64,000 nt of DNA from an uncultured Verrucomicrobiae bacterium (lineage in GTDB: Bacteria; Verrucomicrobiota; Verrucomicrobiia; Limisphaerales; Palsa-1400), in NCBI GenBank assembly GCA_963764165.1, contig CAVXRD010000002.1, forward strand, positions 2,656,001 to 2,720,000, written 5' to 3'. Position numbers and translations under genes: made by a program. Shown in pieces: positions 59,689 to 64,000 of the stretch (positions are counted from its first letter, which is position 1; each line of letters opens with the position of its first letter). Under the pieces are notes generated by a model. That model was not told the DNA's origin. It saw only the letters and a program-made list of their open reading frames with translations, and did not search any database.

Positions 59689-60585
59689 CTAGCCTGCCAC
59701 TTCCTTCCAGGGCGGCGCAGACGGGAGGCTTTTTTCAAATTCTTCCACACGTTGCTTCTCGTATTCGCCGGCAAATGTTCCAGCGAAAAAGCGATCAATG
59801 CCGATGTCAAATAATTCCTTCCACGAAGCTTCTTCCTCGTGTGGAATTATGGGGTAGAATAAAACATTGTTGGCTTTCGCGGCTTTGTAGTCTCCGGGCG
59901 CATCACCGATCATTAAAATGTTTTCGTTCGGATATTTGCCGACGGCGGCGTATTTGAGGTGTTCAGTTTTAGATCCCATTTCCTGGCCAGCGATCAGGCG
60001 GACGTATTTTTCGATGCTATGCTCGGCCCATTCGCGTTCAAGGGCTTCGCCGGGGGTTTGAGAAATCACCATCGTGTCCGCCTGCGCGTTCATTTTTTCC
60101 AGGCAATCACGCACCAGCGGAAACGGCGGCACGCCATGCACGATATCGGCGATGGCGGCGTTCACGGCTTTCGACCAATCGAGCAACGGCGCAAGTTCCG
60201 CGCGGCCAGCCTTGATTTCGGCGGCGAGCGTTTTGTCGCCCAATTTGCTTTCGCGGGCCGTCCACTCCTCCAGCGGTTTAGTGTCAAATATCTGCACGCC
60301 GCGCTCGACAATTTCCGGGCGGCGTTTCAGAAAGGCCAGGGCGTAACCCAGGGCGTGAAAGCGGTTGCAGCCGCGATTTTTGGAATACAGATTCACGAAC
60401 TCCCACGTCTGCCGCGCGTATTTGCTGGCGGCCTGCAAGTGGAAATGCTTGATGAACATCGGCGTGAAGCATTCCTTCTGCTTGACCTCCATCGAGTCAA
60501 ATACGCAGCCATCGGAATCGATGCCGATGAAGAATTTCTGCCGCGGCGCGAAGTCGCGCAACGGCTGGGAGGAATCGGCGCTCAT
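59689..60585 (-). CDS. HAD-family hydrolase
   Basis: GIDSDGCVFD (motif I), MIGDAPGD (motif IV). Confidence 0.88.
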   Translation of the reverse strand: MSADSSQPLRDFAPRQKFFIGIDSDGCVFDSMEVKQKECFTPMFIKHFHLQAASKYARQTWEFVNLYSKNRGCNRFHALGYALAFLKRRPEIVERGVQIFDTKPLEEWTARESKLGDKTLAAEIKAGRAELAPLLDWSKAVNAAIADIVHGVPPFPLVRDCLEKMNAQADTMVISQTPGEALEREWAEHSIEKYVRLIAGQEMGSKTEHLKYAAVGKYPNENILMIGDAPGDYKAAKANNVLFYPIIPHEEEASWKELFDIGIDRFFAGTFAGEYEKQRVEEFEKSLPSAPPWKEVAG

Positions 60586-60589
60586 CGGC

Positions 60590-62044
60590 TCAGACGGTGT
60601 AGGAGCCGGAAGAGGTCACGCCGCCGCGGCCCGTCCAGTTCGTGTGGAAATGCTGGCCGCGCGGCTGATCGACGCGCTCGTAGGTGTGCGCGCCGAAATA
60701 ATCGCGCTGCGCCTGCAGCAAATTGGCCGGCAAACGCGCGGTGCGGTAGCTGTCGTAGAAATTGAGCGCGGTGGAAAACGCGGGCGTCGGAATGCCCTTG
60801 CGCGCAGCCGTCGCCACCACCAAACGCCAGCCGCGCTGGCACTTCTTGATTTCGCCGCGAAAGAAATTATCCAGCAGCAAATTCGTCAGCTTCGGATTTT
60901 TGTCGTAAGCCTCCTTGATCTTGCCAAGGAACCGGCTGCGGATGATGCAGCCGCCGCGCCACATCAGGGCCACGCCGCCGTAGTTCAGGTTCCAGCCGTA
61001 TTCCTTCGCCGCCGCCGACATCAGCATGTAGCCCTGCGAGTAGGAAATAATTTTCGACGCGTAAAGCGCGAGGCGAATGGCCTCTACGAAGGCGGCTCGA
61101 TCCGCCGAGATCTTCGGGCGCGGCCCTTTTAATTTCTTGGCCGCCGCGACGCGCTCATCCTTCAAGGCCGAAACGCAGCGGGAGTAAACCGCCTCGGCAA
61201 TCAGCGTGATTGGAATGCCCAGATCAGTGGAATTGATGACCGTCCATTTGCCGGTGCCTTTCTGGCCGGCAGTATCAAGTATTTTGTCCACCAGCGGCAG
61301 GCCGTCGGTGTCCTTGTAGCCCAGAATGTGCGACGTGATTTCGACCAGATACGAATCGAGTTCGGATTGGTTCCACTTCACGAACTCCGCCTGCATTTCC
61401 TCGGCCGTCATGCCGAGGCCGTCTTTCATCAATTGGTAGGCTTCACAAATCAGCTCCATATCGCCGTATTCGATGCCGTTATGCACCATTTTGACGTAAT
61501 GGCCCGCGCCGTTCTCGCCGACCCAATCGCAGCACGGCACGTCGCCCTCGACTTTGGCCGCGATAGACTGGAAAATATCTTTGACGTGCGGCCATGCGTC
61601 CTTCGAGCCGCCTGGCATGATCGACGGGCCCTTGCGCGCGCCTTCCTCGCCACCGGAAACTCCGGTGCCAACGAACAGAATGCCCTTCCCCTCCAGATAT
61701 TTGACGCGGCGGGTGGTGTCCTGGAAAAGCGAATTGCCGCCGTCAATAATAATATCGCCTTTCTCGAGAAACGGCAGCAGTTCCTCGATCAAGTCATCCA
61801 CCGGCTGGCCGGCCTTGACCATCAGCATCACGCGGCGCGGACGTTTGAGCATCTTCGCCAATTCCTCAAGGGAATGCGCGCCGATGACCTTTGTCCCCTT
61901 CGCCTCGCGGCCAAGGAATTCATCGACCTTGGCGACGGTGCGGTTGAAAACAGCCACCGTGAAACCGTGGTCGTTCATGTTGAGGACGAGATTTTGGCCC
62001 ATGACGGCCAACCCGATTAGTGCGATATCAGCTTGAGCTTCCAT
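60590..62044 (-). CDS. gnd: 6-phosphogluconate dehydrogenase (decarboxylating, NADP)
   Basis: IGLAVMGQNL, VSGGEEGA, KMVHNGIEY, GQKGTGKWT, QAQRDYFGAHTY. Confidence 0.97.
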   Translation of the reverse strand: MEAQADIALIGLAVMGQNLVLNMNDHGFTVAVFNRTVAKVDEFLGREAKGTKVIGAHSLEELAKMLKRPRRVMLMVKAGQPVDDLIEELLPFLEKGDIIIDGGNSLFQDTTRRVKYLEGKGILFVGTGVSGGEEGARKGPSIMPGGSKDAWPHVKDIFQSIAAKVEGDVPCCDWVGENGAGHYVKMVHNGIEYGDMELICEAYQLMKDGLGMTAEEMQAEFVKWNQSELDSYLVEITSHILGYKDTDGLPLVDKILDTAGQKGTGKWTVINSTDLGIPITLIAEAVYSRCVSALKDERVAAAKKLKGPRPKISADRAAFVEAIRLALYASKIISYSQGYMLMSAAAKEYGWNLNYGGVALMWRGGCIIRSRFLGKIKEAYDKNPKLTNLLLDNFFRGEIKKCQRGWRLVVATAARKGIPTPAFSTALNFYDSYRTARLPANLLQAQRDYFGAHTYERVDQPRGQHFHTNWTGRGGVTSSGSYTV

Positions 62045-62121
62045 AGAGATTCCAATGAATGGAACATACAAAACGGCCTGCGATTAGCAACAGGAGAATG
62101 TTTGGGCGCAAGATTTTAATT

Positions 62122-62280
62122 GGACCGCGGCTGTGTCGAAGACCAGCCGCAGCCGCTTCGAAATTAGAGGCCGTTGGAAAGATCACCCCGATTTGCCGAT
62201 GATGGTTCCGAAGTTTTGAGTATTTTCAGGTTTTCGGTTGTTTGGGTGCTGCTGCGGCTGGTCTTCGACACAGCCGCGCC
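62122..62280. repeat. REPIN-like inverted repeat, family B
   Basis: CGCGGCTGTGTCGAAGACCAGCCGCAGC ... GCTGCGGCTGGTCTTCGACACAGCCGCG perfect 28-bp IR. Confidence 0.85.
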
Positions 62281-62603
62281 GCCTGCCGGCCTGCGCCCAT
62301 CACCCACTTCCAATCACACTCTGCTTGAACAATCGTGTTCCAGTTTGCCATGCGTCCTAAATACCACGAAAGGATGTATTTACAAGCGTAATTGACGTGA
62401 AAGGCTTTCAGGCTTATATTGCTCCCTGTCGCCGCCAACGCGTGCTCTTTGACATATTGCGGATTTTCGCGATTCCGGGCCGGGGGGCCTAATGATGCGT
62501 GATCGGGGCATTGCACGGTATTGCACCCTATTGCACCCTTGGTTTTCGCGACGAAAAGCTCGTCACCCCGGGCTCTCGTTCGGCGGCTGACTCGAACCGG
62601 AAA

Positions 62604-62699
62604 TTGAACAGGAGGGAAGACCGAGGACGCAGAGATAACGGCCCTTTTCTCTAGGAATCGTTTTCTCTTCTCTGCGCCCTCGGTCTTCCTCCTGTTCAA
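62604..62699. repeat. Long imperfect inverted repeat, family D
   Basis: TTGAACAGGAGGGAAGACCGAGGACGCAGAG ... CTCTGCGCCCTCGGTCTTCCTCCTGTTCAA. Confidence 0.7.
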
Positions 62700-62797
62700 G
62701 GCTTTATTTTCCCAGCAACGTGGGTGAGACGCCTCTAGTGACGCTTGAATCCATTTCGATTCTTGCAATTCGCCGCCATTGAGAGGATTCAATTCCG

Positions 62798-64000
62798 ATG
62801 CAAATTCACCGGCGTGAGTTCATTCGCAGCGGTTGCGTGGCGGCGGCTGCCGTGGGCGCATCGTCGATTTTTTCGCAACTTTCTCCCGCCCATGAAAAAC
62901 AAATGCTTCCGATTGATGAATCTTTCGACCAGACGGTGAACGCGTTTATGAAAGCGCGCCGTGTTCCCGGCGGGGCGCTGGCGGTGGTGAAAGATCGCCG
63001 GTTGGTCTACGCCAGGGGATACGGCTTTTCCGATTTAGATAAGAAGGAAGCCGTCAAACCGGATGCGCTTTTTCGTATCGCCAGCATTTCAAAGCCGTTC
63101 ACCGGGGTGGCGGTGATCAAGCTCGTCGCAGCGGGGCGGCTCGACATCGATGCGCCCGCGTTTCCGCTCCTTGGCATTGAGCCGCTGCCTGGCAAGACGC
63201 CTGACGCGCGCTTGAACCAAATTACCGTCCGGCATTTGCTGCATCATACGGGAGGATGGGACCGCGACAAGAGCGGCGATCCAATGTTCATGTCGGAGAA
63301 AATTGCCCACGCTGTCGGCGACACGCCGCCTGCCATGCAGCGCGCCATCATTCGTTACATGATGGGGCAGCCGCTGGATTTCGACCCGGGCGGCAAATAC
63401 GCCTATTCCAATTTCGGCTACTGCGTGCTTGGGCGCATCGTTGAGAAAATCTCCGGCCAGAAGTACGACCAATTCGTGCAAAAGGAAGTGTTGGCGCCCA
63501 TCGGAATTCACCGGATGCGCCAAGGCAGGTCCGCCCTGGCCGATCGCGCTCCAGGGGAAGTCATGTATTACATGCCCGAGCGCAAAGCGGGCGAGGACGC
63601 AGCGAAGACGCAGCCATATGCGGGATTCTGCCTGGAAGCGATGGATTCGCATGGCGCGTGGATCGCATCGGCGGTTGACTTGGTGCGATTTGTCGCTGCG
63701 CTGGATGATCCGGCGCGCGCGAATTGGTTTTCGCAGCCGGCCCATCGCATGCTTTACGAGCCGCCGGCCCGGCCCGTCTCGCGCGCGGCCAACGGCGCCA
63801 TGGAACCAACGTATTACGCGTGCGGCTGGTCCGTGCGGCCCGTTGGAAACGCGGCGAACTACTGGCACAACGGCAGCCTGCCCGGCACCGCGACGCTGCT
63901 GGTGCGGCGTTACGACGGATTGTCCTGGGCCATGCTTTTCAACCAGCGTTCCAACGACAAAAAACTTCCCGACGGCGAAATCGACGGTGCGCTGCACCGG
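62798..64000 (+). CDS. Tat-exported beta-lactamase-family serine hydrolase (runs off the window end)
   Basis: Own translation: MQIHRREFI Tat signal, FRIASISK (SxxK), LLHHTGG, YSNFGY (YxN), HNGSLPG; no stop in window so absent from the ORF track. Confidence 0.9.
   Translation, partial: MQIHRREFIRSGCVAAAAVGASSIFSQLSPAHEKQMLPIDESFDQTVNAFMKARRVPGGALAVVKDRRLVYARGYGFSDLDKKEAVKPDALFRIASISKPFTGVAVIKLVAAGRLDIDAPAFPLLGIEPLPGKTPDARLNQITVRHLLHHTGGWDRDKSGDPMFMSEKIAHAVGDTPPAMQRAIIRYMMGQPLDFDPGGKYAYSNFGYCVLGRIVEKISGQKYDQFVQKEVLAPIGIHRMRQGRSALADRAPGEVMYYMPERKAGEDAAKTQPYAGFCLEAMDSHGAWIASAVDLVRFVAALDDPARANWFSQPAHRMLYEPPARPVSRAANGAMEPTYYACGWSVRPVGNAANYWHNGSLPGTATLLVRRYDGLSWAMLFNQRSNDKKLPDGEIDGALHR

Noticed and set aside
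62510..62539. Three tandem 10-mers ATTGCAC(GG/CC)T
   Set aside because: Too short for an array, no spacers, no assignable function
43497..62699. Recurring 26-34 bp repeats considered as CRISPR repeats
   Set aside because: They are dispersed inverted pairs, not direct repeats with spacers; no cas genes in the window
63089..63997. 302-aa ORF on the - strand
   Set aside because: Antisense to the serine hydrolase, which carries clear catalytic motifs

Overview
Bacterial chromosomal window, most likely Verrucomicrobiota (Pedosphaera/Limisphaerales-like; inferred from gene content, the PEP-CTERM tail variant and the REP-like repeats). 1-12.1 kb: a + strand polysaccharide glycosyltransferase/acyltransferase cluster ending in kdsD-kdsA, with a 230-bp MITE and one frameshifted glycosyltransferase. 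12.2-38.1 kb: an exosortase/PEP-CTERM/exopolysaccharide locus. It has a - strand operon (araC, beta-barrel, wza, wzc, wzy-like, GTs, wcaF-like, exosortase-EpsI fusion, GT, wecA-like fusion, TPR protein), three PEP-CTERM genes (two with thioester-domain-like motifs) and several receiver-domain regulators. The main observation is a shared promoter architecture, TGTCC-N16-TG(T/G)CC-N9/10-TAG(A/C)NN-N16/18-YANNNT, upstream of all three PEP-CTERM genes and two paralogous single-domain response regulators. It resembles the PIP box of AraC-family HrpX, and the operon's own AraC gene (behind a sigma54-like promoter) is the obvious candidate activator. 38.5-64 kb: mostly housekeeping/transport genes (MFS, ltaE, ribD, ribE, sua5, MacAB-like ABC exporter, dps, D-aminoacylase, SSS-galK, gnd, Tat serine hydrolase), several REP/REPIN-like palindromes, an IS1182-family element inserted at a REP hairpin apex, and a 30-bp unit nested in two different repeats. 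No rRNA, tRNA or CRISPR array was seen.
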